Of a stretch of 64,000 bases of DNA, positions 26,801 through 41,400 are shown one piece after another. Made by a program: the position numbers and the translations under genes. A model generated the notes under the pieces. The model was not told where the DNA came from. It saw only the letters and a program-made list of their open reading frames with translations, and made no database searches. This DNA is from the human T2T-CHM13v2.0 reference genome, Homo sapiens. The stretch lies in NCBI RefSeq assembly GCF_009914755.1, contig NC_060933.1. The stretch is one strand, 5' to 3'. How positions within the stretch are numbered: position 1 is the stretch's first letter; every line of letters starts with the position of its first letter.

Positions 26801-29800
26801 TCCGTTCCATTCCATTGTATTCCATTCTATTCCGGTTAATTCCATTCCATTCCATTCCATTCCATTCCATTCCATTCCATTCCATTCCTTTGCAATCGAG
26901 TTGATTCCATTCCATTCCTTTCCATTCCATTCCATTGCCTTGCATTCCAATCGGGTTGATTCCATTCCCTTCTTTCCAATCCATTACATTCCCTTCCATT
27001 CCACTCGGAATGATTGATTCCATTCCATTCCATTCCATTTCATTCCATTGCAATCAATTCCAATCCATTCCATTCCATTCCATTCCACTCGAGTTGATTT
27101 CATTCCATTCCTTTCCATTCCTTTCCATTCCTTTCCACTCGAGTTGATTCCATTCTATTCCATTCCATTGCATTCCATTCCATGCCATTCCACTCGGGTT
27201 GATTCCATTCCTTTCCATTCCATTCCATTCCATTCCATTCCATTCCATTCCATTCCGTTGCATTCCATTCCATTACTTTCTGATTGATTCTATTCAACTC
27301 CCTTACTCTCCATTACATTCCATTCCATTCGGGTTGTTCCATTCCATTCCTTTCCATTCCACTCCATTCCATTGCACTCGGGTTCATTCCATTCCATTCC
27401 ATTCCATTCCATTCCATTCCGGATGATTCCATTCAATTGCATTCCGTTCCATTACATTCCCCTGCACTCGCGTTGATTCCATTCCATTCCATTCCATTCC
27501 ATTCAATTCCATTCCATTACAATTCGTTCCATTCCATTCTATTCCGTACCATTCCATTCCATTCCATACCATTCCATTCCATTCCATTCCATTCCATTCC
27601 GTTCCGTTCCATTCCGTTCCATTCCATTCCATTCCATTCTATTCGGGTTAATTCCATTCCATTCCATTCCATTCCATTCTATTCCATTCCATTGCAATCG
27701 AGTTGAATCCATTGCATTTCATTCCATTCCATTCCATTCCATTCCATTCCGGAAGATTCCATTCCATTGCATTCCATTCCATTCCATTCCCCTGCACTCG
27801 CGTTGATTCCATTCCATTCCATTCCATTCCATTCCATTCCATTCCATTTCTTTCCGTTCCTTTCCATTCCATACCATTCCATTCCATTCCATTGCATTCC
27901 ATTCCGTTCCGTTCCGTTCCATTCCATTCCATTCCATTCTATTCGGGTTAATTCCATTCCATTCCATTCGATTGCAATCGTGTTGATTCCATTCCATTCC
28001 TTTCCATTCCATTACGGATGATTCCATTCCATTGCATTCTATTCCATTCCATTCCCCTGTACTCGGGTTGATTCCATTCCATTCCATTCCAATCCATGCC
28101 ATTCCACTCGTGTTGATTCCATTCTTTCCATTCCATTCAAGTTGAATCCATTCCATTGCATTCCATTCCATTCGATTCCATTCGATTGCACTCGGGTTGA
28201 TTCCATTCCATTGCATTCCATTCCATTCCATTCCATTCCATTCCATTCCGTTCCATTCCATTCCATTACATTCGGATTGATTCTATTCAACTCCCTTACT
28301 CTGCATTACATTCCATTCCATTCGGGTTGTTCCATTCCATTCCATTCCATTCAACTCCATTCCATTGCACTCGGGTTGATTCCATTCCATTCCATTCCAT
28401 TCCATTCCATTCCGGAAGATTGCATTCCATAGCATTCCATTCCATTCCATTCCCCTGCACTCGCGTTGATTCCATTCCATTCCATTCTATTCCATTCCAT
28501 TCCCTTCCTTTCCGTACCATTCCATTCCATTCCATTCCATTCCATTCCGTTCCGTTCCATTCCATTCCATTCCATTCTATTCGGGTTAATTCCATTCCAT
28601 TCAATTCGATTGCAATCGAGTTGATTCCATTCCATTCCATTCCATTCCATTCCATTCCATTCCATTCCATTCCCGATGATTCCATTCCATTCCATTCGAT
28701 TCCATTCGATTCCCCTGCACTCGCGTGGATTCCATTCCATTCCATTCCATTCCATTCCATTCCATTCCATTCCATTCCTTTCCGTTCCATTCCAATCCAT
28801 TCCATTCCATTCTGTTCCGTTCCATTCCATTCCATTCCATTCTATTCGGGTTAATTCCATTCCATTCCATTCGATTGCAATCGAGTTGATTCCATTCCAT
28901 TCCATTCCATTCCATTCCATTCCATTCCATTCCATTCCTTTCCTTTCCATTACGGATGATTACATTCCATTGCATTCCATTCCATTCCATTCCCCTGTAC
29001 TCGGGTTGATTCCATTCCATTCCATTCCAATCCATGCCATTCCACTCGCGTTGATTCCATTCTTTACTTTCCATTCAAGTTGAATCCATTCCATTGCATT
29101 CCATTCCATTCGATTACATTCGATTGCACTCGGGTTGATTACATTACATTGCATTCCATTCCATTCCATTCCATTTCATTCCATTCCGTTCCATTGCATT
29201 TCATTACATTCAGATTGATTCTATTCAATTCCCTTACACTCCGTTATATTCCAATCCATTCTGGTTGTTTCTATTACATTCCATTCCATTTCACTCCATT
29301 CCATTGCACTCGGGTTGATTCCATTCCATTCCATTCCATTCCATTCCGTATGATTCCATTCCATTGCATTCCATTCCATTCAATTCCCCTGCACTCGGGT
29401 TGATTCCATTCCATTCCATTACATTACATTCCGTTCCATTACATTCCATTCCATTCGGAGTGATTCTATTCAATTCCCTAACACTTCATTACATTCCATT
29501 CCATTCGGGTAGTTTCCATTCCATTCCATTCCATTCCTCTCTATTCCATTGCACTCGGGTTGATTCCATTGCATTCCATTCCATTCCATTCCATTCCATT
29601 CCATTCCTTTCCATTCCATTCCATTCCATTGTACTCGGGTTGACTCCATTCCATTGCATTCCATTCCATTCCATTCCATTCCATTCCGTTCCATTCCATT
29701 CCATTACATTCGGATTGATTGTATTCAACTCCCTTACTCTCCATTACATTCGATTCCATTCGGGTTGTTCCATTCCATTCCATTCCATTCCACTCCATTC

Positions 29801-32800
29801 CATTGCACTCGGGTTTATTCCATTCCATTCCATTCCATTCCGGAAGATTCCATTCCATTGCATTCCATTACATTCCATTCCCCTGCATTCGCGTTGATTC
29901 CATTCCATTCCATTCCATTCCATTCCATTCCATTCCATTCCATTCCGTTCCGTTCTGTTCCATTCCATTCCATTCCATTCTATTCGGGTTAATTCCATTC
30001 CATTCCTTTCGATTGCACTCGGGTTGATTCCATTCCATTCCATTCCATTCCATTCCATTCCTTTCCATTCCATTACGGATGATTCCATTCCATTGCATTC
30101 CATTCCATTCCATTCCCCTGTACTCGGGTTGATTCCATTCCATTCCATTCCAATCCATGCCATTCCACTCGTGTTGATTCCATTCTTTCCATTCCATTCA
30201 AGTTGAATCCATTCCATTGCATTCCATTCCATTCGATTATATTCGATTGCACTCTGGTTGATTCCATTCCATTGCATTCCATTCCATTCCATTTCATTCC
30301 ATTCCATTCCATTTCATTCCATTCCATTCCTTTCCATTCCCTTCCATTCCATTCCATTCCATTCCGTTGCAATCGAGTTGATTCCTTTCCATTCCTTTCC
30401 ATTCCATTCCATTGCCTTGCATTCCACTCGGGTTGATTCCATTCCCTTCTTTCCACTCCATTATATTCCCTTCCATTCCACTCGGAATGATTGATTCCAT
30501 TCCATTCGATTCCATTCCATTTCATTCCATTGCAATCCATTCCAATCCATTCCATTCCATTCCATTCCACTCGAGTTGATTTCATTCCATTCCTTTCCAT
30601 TCCATTCGATTCCTTTCCACTCGAATTGATTCCATTCCATTCCATTCCATTGCATTCCATTCCATGCCATTCCACTCGGGTTGATTCCATTCCATTCCAT
30701 TCCATTCCATTGCATTCCATTCCATTCCATTCCCCTGAAATCGGGTTGATTCCATTCCATTCCATTCCATTTAATTCCATTCCATTCCATTCCATTCCAT
30801 TGCATTCCAATCCGTTCCATTCCATTCCATTCCATTGCAATCGTCTTGATTCCATTCCATTCCATTCCATTCCATTCCATTCCATTCCATTCCATTTTGT
30901 TCCAATCCATTCTATTCTGAACCATTCCATTCCATTCCATTCCATTCCATTCCATTCCATTCCATTCCATGCCATTCCACTCGGGTTGATTCCATTCCTT
31001 TCCACTCCATTCGGGTTGAATCCATTCCACTCCATTCCATTCCATTCGAATCCATTCCATTGCACTCCGGTTGATTCAATTCCATTCCATTCCATTCGAT
31101 TCCATTCCATTCCATTCCATTCCGTTCCATTCCATTTCATTACATTCAGATTGATTCTATGCAATTCCCTTACACTCCATTATATTCCAATCCATTCTGG
31201 TTGTTTCCATTCCATTCCATTCCATTTCACTCCATTCCATTGCACTCGGTTTGATTCCATTCCATTCCATTCCATTCCATTCCGGATGATTCCATTCCAT
31301 TGCATTCCATTCCATTCCATTCCCCTGCACTCAGGTTGATTCCATTCCATTCCATTCCACTCCATTCGGTTCCGTTCCATTCCATTCTATTGCATTCCAT
31401 TCTATTCGGGTTAATTCCATTCCATTCTATTCCATTCCACTCCATTCAATTCCATTGCAATGGAGTTGATTCCATTCCATTCCATTCCATTCCGGATGAT
31501 TCCATTCCATTGCATTCCATTCCATTCCATTCCCCTGCACTCGTGTTGATTCCATTCCCTTCCATTCCATTCCATTCCGTTCCATTCCATTGCATTCCAT
31601 TCTATTCCGGTTAATTCCATTCCATTCCATTCCATTCCATTCCATTCCATTCCATTCCATTCCATTCCATTGCATTCCATTCCTTTGCAATCGAGTTGAT
31701 TCCATTCCATTCCTTTCCATTCCATTCCATTGCCTTGCATTCCAATCGGGTTGATTCCATTCCCTTCTTTCCACTCCATTACATTCCCTTCCATTCCACT
31801 CGGAATGATTGATTCCATTCCATTCCATTCCATTTCATTCCATTGCAATCCATTCCAATCCATTCCATTCCATTCCATTCCAGTCGAGTTGATTTCATTC
31901 CATTCCTTTCCATTCCATTCCATTCCTTTCCACTCGAGTTGATTCCATTCTATTCCATTCCATTGCATTCCATTCCATGCCATTCCACTCGGGTTGATTC
32001 CATTCCTTTCCATTCCATTCCATTCCATTCCATTCCATTCCATTCCATTCCATTCCGTTGCATTCCGTTCCATTACATTCTGATTGATTCTATTCAACTC
32101 CCTTACTCTCCATTACATTGCATTCCATTCGGGTTGTTCCATTCCATTCCATTCCATTCCACTCCATTCCATTGCACTGGGTTTCATTCCATTCCATTCC
32201 ATTCCATTCCATTCCATTCCGGATGATTCCATTCCATTGCATTCCGTTCCATTACATTCCCCTGCACTCGCGTTGATTCCATTCCATTCCATTCCATTCC
32301 ATTCAATTCCATTCCATTACAATTCGTTCCATTCCATTCTATTCCGTACCATTCCATTCCATTACATACCATTCCATTCCAATCCATTCCATTCCATTCC
32401 ATTCCACTCGAGTTGATTTCATTCCATTCCTTTCCATTCCATTCCATTCCTTTCCACTCGAGTTGATTCCATTCTATTCCACTCCATTGCATTCCATTCC
32501 ATGCCATTCCACTCGGGTTGATTCCATTCCTTTCCATTCCATTCCATTCCATTCCATTCCATTCCATTCCATTCCATTCCATTCCATTCCGTTCCATTCC
32601 ATTCCATTCCATTCTATTCGGGTTAATTCCATTCCATTCCATTCCATTCCATTCCATTCTATTCCATTCCATTGCAATCGAGTTGAATCCATTGCATTTC
32701 ATTCCATTCCATTCCATTCCATTCCATTCCATTCCGGAAGATTCCATTCCTTTGCATTCCATTCCATTCCATTCCCCTGCACTCGCATTGATTCCATTCC

Positions 32801-33270
32801 ATTCCATTCCATTCCATTCCATTCCTTTCCGTTCCTTTCCATTCCATTCCATTCCATTCCATTCCATTCCGTTCCGTTCCGTTCCATTCCATTCCATTCC
32901 ATTCTATTCGGGTTAATTCCATTCCATTCCATTCGATTGCAATCGTGTTGATTCCATTCCATTCCATTCCATTCCATTCCATTCCTTTCCATTCCATTAC
33001 GGATGATTCCATTCCATTGTATTCCATTCCATTCCATTCCCCTGTACTCGGGTTGATTCCATTCCATTCCATTCCAATCCATGCTATTCCACTCGTGTTG
33101 ATTCCATTCTTTCCATTCCATTCAAGTTGAATCCATTCCATTGCATTCCATTCCATTCGATTCCATTCGATTGCACTCGGGTTGATTCCATTCCATTGCA
33201 TTCCATTCCATTCCATTCCATTCCATTCCATTCCATTCCATTCCATTACATTCGGATTGATTCTATTCAA
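23890..33270 (+). repeat. ~4.8-kb tandem duplication (moderately diverged)
   Basis: TCGCGTGGAT at 23921 and 28721; CCCTGAAATCGGG and TTCTGAACC markers in both copies; ORF pairs 24486/29291, 26405/31180, 27284/32084 (offsets 4775-4815). Confidence 0.85.
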
Positions 33271-34370
33271 TTCCCTTACACTCCATTACATTCCATTCCA
33301 TTCGGGTAGTTTCCATTCCATTCCATTCCATTCCTCTCCATTCCATTGCACTCGGGTTGATTCCATTCCGTTGCATTCCATTCCATTCCATTCAATTCCA
33401 TTCCGTTCCATTCCATTACATTCGGATTGATTCTATTCAACTCCCTTACTCTCCATTTCATTCCATTCCATTCGGGTTGTTCCATTGCATTCCATTCCAT
33501 TCCACTCCATTCCATTGCACTCGGGTTGATTCCATTCCATTCCATTCCATTCCATTGCATTCCATTCCATTCCGGAAGATTCCATTCCATTGCATTCCAT
33601 TCCATTCCATTCCCCTGCACTCGCGTAGATTCCATTCCATTCCATTCCATTCCATTCCATTCTATTCCATTCCATTGCAATCGAGTTGAATCCATTGCAT
33701 TTCATTCCATTCCATTCCATTCCATTCCATTCCGAAAGATTCCATTCCATTGCATTCCATTCCATTCCATTCCCCTGCACTCGCATTGATTCCATTCCAT
33801 TCCATTCCATTCCATTCCATTCCATTCCATTCCGTTCCATTCCGTTCCATTCCGTTCCGTTCCATTCCATTCCATTCCTTTCCATTCCATTCCATTCCAT
33901 TCCATTCTATTCGGGTTAATTCCATTCCATTCAATTCGATTGCAATCGAGTTGATTCCATTCCATTCCATTCCATTCCATTCCATTACATTCCTTTCCAT
34001 TCCATTACGGATGATTCCATTCCATTGCATTCCATTCCATTCCATTCCCCTGTACTCGGGTTGATTCCATTCCATTCCATTCCTATCCATGCCATTCCAC
34101 TCGTGTTGATTCCATTCTTTCCATTCCATTCAAGTTGAATCCATTCCATTGCATTCCATTCCATTCGATTCCATTCGATTGCACTCGGGTTGATTCCATT
34201 CCATTGCATTCCATTCCATTCCATTCCATTCCATTCCATTCCATTCCGTTCCATTCCATTTCATTACATTCAGATTGATTCTATTCAATTCCCTTACACT
34301 CCGTTGTATTCCAATCCATTCTGGTTGTCTCCATTCCATTCCATTCCATTTCACTCCATTCCATTGCACT

Positions 34371-35535
34371 CGGGTTGATTCCATTCCATTCCATTCCATT
34401 GCATTCCATTCCATTCCATTCCGGATGATTCCATTCCATTGCATTCCATTCCATTCCATTCCCCTGCACTCGGGTTGATTCCATTCCATTCCATTCCATT
34501 CCATTCCGGATGATTCCATTCCATTGCATTCCATTCCATTCCAATCCCCTGCACTCGGGTTGATTCCATTCCATTCCACTCCATTCCGTTCCATTCCATT
34601 CCATTCCATTGTATTCGGGTTAATTCCATTCCATTCCATTCCATTCCATTCCATTACAATCGAGTTGATTCCATTCCATTCCATTCCATTCCAGTCCTTT
34701 CCATTCCATTCCACTCGGGTTGATTCCATTCTATTAGTTTCCATTCCATTCCATTCCCTTCCATTCCACTCTGGTTGATTCCATTCCTTTTCATTCCACT
34801 CGAATACATTCCCTCCTATTCCACTCGGAACGATTCCATTCCATTCCATTCCATTCCATTCCATTTCGTTCCATTGCTTTCTATTCCGTATCATTCCATT
34901 CCATTCCATTCCATTCCATTCCATTCCATTCCATTCCTTTCCATTGTACTCGGGTTGATTCCATTCCATTCCATTCCATTGCATTCCATTCCATTCCATT
35001 CCGGATGATTCCATTCCATTGCATTCCATTCCATTCCATTCCCCTGCACTCGGGTTGATTCCATTCCATTCCATTCCATTCCATTCCGGATGATTCCATT
35101 CCATTGCATTCCATTCCATTCCAATCCCCTGCACTCGGGTTGATTCCATTCCATTCCACTCCATTCCGTTCCATTCCATTCCATTCCATTGTATTCGGGT
35201 TATTTCCATTCCATTCCATTCCATTCCATTCCATTACAATCGAGTTGATTCCATTCCATTCCATTCCATTCCAGTCCTTTCCATTCCATTCCACTCGGGT
35301 TGATTCCATTCTATTAGTTTCCATTCCATTCCATTCCCTTCCATTCCACTCTGGTTGATTCCATTCCTTTCCATTCCACTCGAATACATTCCCTCCTATT
35401 CCACTCGGAACGATTCCATTCCATTCCATTCCATTCCATTCCATTCCATTTCGTTCCATTCCTTTCTATTCCGTATCATTCCATTCCATTCCATTCCATT
35501 CCATTCCATTCCATTCCATTCCTTTCCATTGTACT
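34371..35535 (+). repeat. 580-bp tandem duplication
   Basis: ORF pairs 34524/35104 and 34775/35355; landmark at 34799/35379. Units start at CGGGTTGATT 34371 and 34951. Confidence 0.9.
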
Positions 35536-37449
35536 CGGGTTGATTCCATTCCATTGCATTCCATTCCATTCCATTCCATTCCATTCCATTCCTTTCCATT
35601 CCATTCCATTACATTCGGATTGATTCTTTTCAACTCCCTTACTCTACATTACATTCCATTCCATTGGGGTTGTTCCATTCCATTCCATTCCATTCCACTC
35701 CATTCCATTTCACTCGGGTTGATTCCATTCCATTCCATTCCATTCCATTCCATTCCATTCCATTCCATTTCCCTGCACTCGCGTTGATTCCATTCCATTC
35801 CATTCCATTCCATTCCATTCCATTCCATTCCTTTCTGTTCCATTCCATTCCATTCCATTCCATTCCATTCCGTTCCATTCCATTCCAATCCATTCTATTC
35901 GGGTTAATTCCATTCCATTCCATTCAATTGCAATCGAGTTGATTCCATTCCATTCCATTCCATTCCATTCCATTCCATTCCTTTCCATTCCATTACGGAT
36001 GATTCCATTCCATTGCATTCCATTCCATTCCATTCCCCTGTACTCGGGTTGATTCCATTCCATTCCATTCCAATCCATGCCATTCCACTCGTGTTGATTC
36101 CATTCTTTACTTTCCATTCAAGTTGAATCCATTCCATTGCATTCCATTCCATTCGATTCCATTCGATTGCACTCGGGTTGATTCCATTCCATTGCATTCC
36201 ATTCCATTCCATTCCATTCCATTCCGTTCCATTGCATTTCATTACATTCAGATTGATTCTATTCAATTCCCTTACACTCCGTTATATTCCAATCCATTCT
36301 GGTTTTTTCCATTCCATTCCATTCCATTTCACTCCATTCCATTGCACTCGGGTTGATTCCATTCCATTCCATTCCATTCCATTCCGGATGATTCCATTCC
36401 ACTGCATTCCATTCCATTCCATTCCCCTGCACTCGGGTTGATTCCATTCCATTCCATTACATTATATTCCGTTCCATTACATTCCATTCCATTCGGATTG
36501 ATTCTATTCAATTCCCTAACACTTCATTACATTCCATTCCATTCGGGTAGTTTACATTCCATTCCATTCCATTCCTCTCTATTCCATTGCACTCGGGTTG
36601 ATTCCATTCCATTCCATTCCATTCCATTCCATTCCATTTCATTCCATTCCTTTCCATTCCATTCCATTCCATTGTACTCTGGTTGATTCCATTCCATTGC
36701 ATTCCATTCCATTCCATTCCATTCCATTCCGTTCCATTCCATTCCATTACATTCTGATTGATTCTATTCAACTCCCTTACTCTCCATTACATTCCATTCC
36801 ATTCGGGTTCTTCCATTCCATTCCATTCCATTCCACTCCATTCCATTGCACTCGGGTTTATTCCATTCCATTCCATTCCATTCCGGAAAATTCCATTCCA
36901 TTGCATTCCATTACATTCCATTCCCCTGCATTCGCGTTGATTCCATTCCATTCCATTCCATTCCATTCCATTCCATTCCATTCCATTCCATTCCTTTCCG
37001 TTCCATTCCATTCCATTCCATTCCATTCCATTCCGTTCCGTTCCGTTCCGTTCCGTTCCATTCCATTCCATTCCATTCTATTCGGGTTAATTCCTTTCCA
37101 TTCCATTCGATTGCAATCGAGTTGATTCCATTCCATTCCATTCCATTCCATTCCATTCCATTCCTTTCCATTCCATTACGGATGATTCCATTCCATTGCA
37201 TTCCATTCCATTCCATTTCCCTGTACTCGGGTTGATTCCATTCCATTCCATTCCAATCCATGCCATTCCACTCGTGTTGATTCCATTCTTTCCATTCCAT
37301 TCAAGTTGAATCCATTCCATTGCATTCCATTCCATTCGATTCCATTCGATTGCACTCTGGTTGATTCCATTCCATTGCATTCCATTCCATTCCATTTCAT
37401 TCCATTCCATTCCATTTCATTCCATTCCATTCCTTTCCATTCCATTCCA

Positions 37450-40400
37450 TTCCATTCCATTCCATTGCAATCGAGTTGATTCCTTTGCATTCCGTTCCAT
37501 TCCATTCCATTGCCTTGCATTCCACTCGGGTTGATTCGATTCCCTTCTTTCCACTCCATTACATTCCCTTCCATTCCACTCGGAATGATTGATTCCATTC
37601 CATTCCATTCCATTTCATTCCATTGCAATCCATTCCAATCCATTCCATTCCATTCCATTCCACTCGAGTTGATTTCATTCCATTCCTTTCCATTCCATGC
37701 CATTCCTTTCCACTCGAGTTGATTCCATTCCATTCCATTCCATTGCATTCCATTCCATGCCATTCCACTCTGGTTGATTCCATTCCATTCCATTCCATTC
37801 CATTGCATTCCATTCCATTCCATTCCCCTGCACTCGGGTTGATTCCATTCCATTCCATTCCATTTAATTCCATTCCATTCTATTCCATTCCATTCCATTC
37901 CAATCCTTTCCATTCCATTCCCTTCCATTCCATTGCAATCGACTTGATTCCATTCCATTGCATTCCATTCCATTCCATTCCATTCCATTCCATGCCATTC
38001 CACTCGGGTTGATTCCATTCCTTTCCATTCCATTCGGGTTGAATCCATTCCACTCCATTCCATTCCATTCGAATCCATTCCATTGCACTCGGGTTGATTC
38101 CATTCCATTCCATTCCATTCCATTCCATTCCATTCCATTCCGTTCCATTCCATTTCATTACATTCAGATTGATTCTATTCAATTCCCTTACACTCCATTA
38201 TATTCCAATCCATTCTGGTTGTTTCCATTCCATTCCATTCCATTTCACTCCATTACATTGCACTCGGTTTGATTCCATTCCATTCCATTCCATTCCGGAT
38301 GATTCCATTCCATTGAATTCCATTCCATTCCATTCCCCTGCACTCAGGTTGATTCCATTCCATTCCATTCCACTCCATTCGGTTCCGTTCCATTCCAATC
38401 TATTGCATTCCGTTCTATTCGGGTTAATTCCATTCCATTCTATTCCATTCCATTCCATTCCATTCCATTGCAATGGAGTTGATTCCATTCCATTCCATTC
38501 CATTCCGGATGATTCCATTCCATTGCATTCCATTCCATTCCATTCCCCTGCACTCGTGTTGATTCCATTCCCTTCCATTCCATTCCATTCCGTTCCATTC
38601 CATTGCATTCCATTCTATTCCGGTTAATTCCATTCCATTCCATTCCATTCCATTCCATTGCAATCGAGTTGATTCCATTCCATTCCTTTCCATTCCATTC
38701 CATTGCCTTGCATTCCAATCGGGTTGATTCCATTCGCTTCTTTCCACTCCATTACATTCCCTTCCATTCCACTCGGAATGATTGATTCCATTACATTCCA
38801 TTCCATTTCATTCCATTGCAATCCATTCCAATCCATTCCATTCCATTCCATTTCACCTGAGTTGATTTCATTCCATTCCTTTCCATTCCATTCCATTTCT
38901 TTCCACTCGAGTTGATTCCATTCCATTCCATTCCATTGCATTCCATTCCATGCCATTCCACTCTGGTTGATTCCATTCCATTCCGTTCCATTCCATTGCA
39001 TTCCATTCCATTCCATTCCCCTGCACTCGGGTTGATTCCATTCCATTCCATTCCATTTAATTCCATTCCATTCTATTCCATTCCATTCCATTCCAATCCT
39101 TTCCATTCCATTCCATTCCATTCCATTCCATTGCAATCGACTTGATTCCATTCCATTCCATTCCATTCCATTCCATTCCATTCCATTCCATGCCATTCCA
39201 CTCGGGTTGATTCCATTCCTTCCCATTCCATTCGGGATGAATCCATTCCACTCCATTCCATTCCATTCGAATCCATTCCATTGCACTCGGGTTGATTCCA
39301 TTCCATTCCATTCCATTCGATTCCATTCCATTCCATTCCATTCCGTTCCATTCCATTTCATTACATTCAGATTGATTCTATTCAATTCCCTTACACTCCA
39401 TTATATTCCAATCCATTCTGGTTGTTTCCATTCCATTCCATTCCATTTCACTCCATTCCATTGCACTCGGTTTGATTCCATTCCATTCCATTTCATTCCA
39501 TTCCATTCCGGATGATTCCATTCCATTGCATTCCATTCCATTCCATTCCCCTGCACTCATGTTGATTCCATTCCATTCCATTCCACTCCATTCGGTTCCG
39601 TTCCATTCCATTCTATTGCATTCCATTGTATTCGGGTTAACTCCATTCCATTCTATTCCATTCCATTCCATTCCATTCCATTGCAATGGAGTTGATTCCA
39701 TTCCATTCCATTCCATTCCGGATGATTCCATTCCATTGCATTCCATTCCATTCCATTCCCCTGCACTCGTGTTGATTCCATTCCCTTCCATTCCATTCCA
39801 TTCCGTTCCATTCCATTGCATTCCATTCTATTCCGGTTAATTCCATTCCATTCCATTCCATTCCATTCCATTGCAATCGAGTTGATTCCATTCCATTCCT
39901 TTCCATTCTATTCCATTGCCTTGCATTCCAATCGGGTTGATTCCATTCCCTTCTTTCCACTCCATTACATTCCCTTCCATTCCACTCGGAATGATTGATT
40001 CCATTCCATTCCATTCCATTTCATTCCATTGCAATCCATTCCAATCCATTCCATTCCATTCCATTTCACCTGAGTTGGTTTCATTCCATTCCTTTCCATT
40101 CCATTCCATTTCTTTCCACTCGAGTTGATTCCATTCCATTCCATTCCATTGCATTCCATTCCATGCCATTCCACTCTGGTTGATTCCATTCCATTCCGTT
40201 CCATTCCATTGCATTCCATTCCATTCCATTCCCCTGCACTCGGGTTGATTCCATTCCATTCCATTCCATTTAATTCCATTCCATTCTATTCCATTCCATT
40301 CCATTCCAATCCTTTCCATTCCATTCCATTCCATTCCATTCCATTGCAATCGACTTGATTCCATTCCATTCCATTCCATTCCATTCCATTCCATTCCATT

Positions 40401-41400
40401 CCATGCCATTCCACTCGGGTTGATTCCATTCCTTCCCATTCCATTCGGGTTGAATCCATTCCACTCCATTCCATTCCATTCGAATCCATTCCATTGCACT
40501 CGGGTTGATTCCATTCCATTCCAATCCATTCGATTCCATTCCATTCCATTCCATTCCGTTCCATTCCATTTCATTACATTCAGATTGATTCTATTCAATT
40601 CCCTTACACTCCATTATATTCCAATCCATTCTGGTTGTTTCCATTCCATTCCATTCCATTTCACTCCATTCCATTGCACTCGGTTTGATTCCATTCCATT
40701 CCATTTCATTCCATTCCATTCCGGATGATTCCATTCCATTGCATTCCATTCCATTCCATTCCCCTGCACTCATGTTGATTCCATTCCATTCCATTCCACT
40801 CCATTCGGTTCCGTTCCATTCCATTCTATTGCATTCCATTGTATTCGGGTTAACTCCATTCCATTCTATTCCATTCCATTCCATTCCATTCCATTGCAAT
40901 GGAGTTGATTCCATTCCATTCCATTCCATTCCGGATGATTCCATTCCATTGCATTCCATTCCATTCCATTCCCCTGCACTCGTGTTGATTCCATTCCCTT
41001 CCATTCCATTCCATTCCGTTCCATTCCATTGCATTCCATTCTATTCCGGTTAATTCCATTCCATTCCATTCCATTCCATTCCATTCCATTCCATTCCATT
41101 TCAATCGAGTTGATTCCATTCCAATCCTTTCCATTCCATTCCATTGCCTTGCATTCCAATCGGGTTGATTCCATTCCCTTCTTTCCACTCCATTACATTC
41201 CCTTCCATTCCACTCGGAATGATTGATTCCATTCCATTCCATTCCATTTCATTCCATTGCAATCCATTCCAATCCATTCCATTCCATTCCATTCCACTCG
41301 AGTTGATTTCATTCCATTCCTTTCCATTCCATTCCATTGCTTTCCACTCGAGTTGATTCCATTCTATTCCATTCCATTGCATTCCATTCCATGCCATTCC
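37450..41400 (+). repeat. ~1.2-kb tandem sub-array (about 3.3 units)
   Basis: TTGCCTTGCATTCC...CTCGGAATGATTGATT marker (ORFs MPCIP) at 37510, 38703, 39916, 41144 (offsets 1193, 1213, 1228). The middle units share private variants TTTCACCTGAG and CTCATGTTG. Confidence 0.9.
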
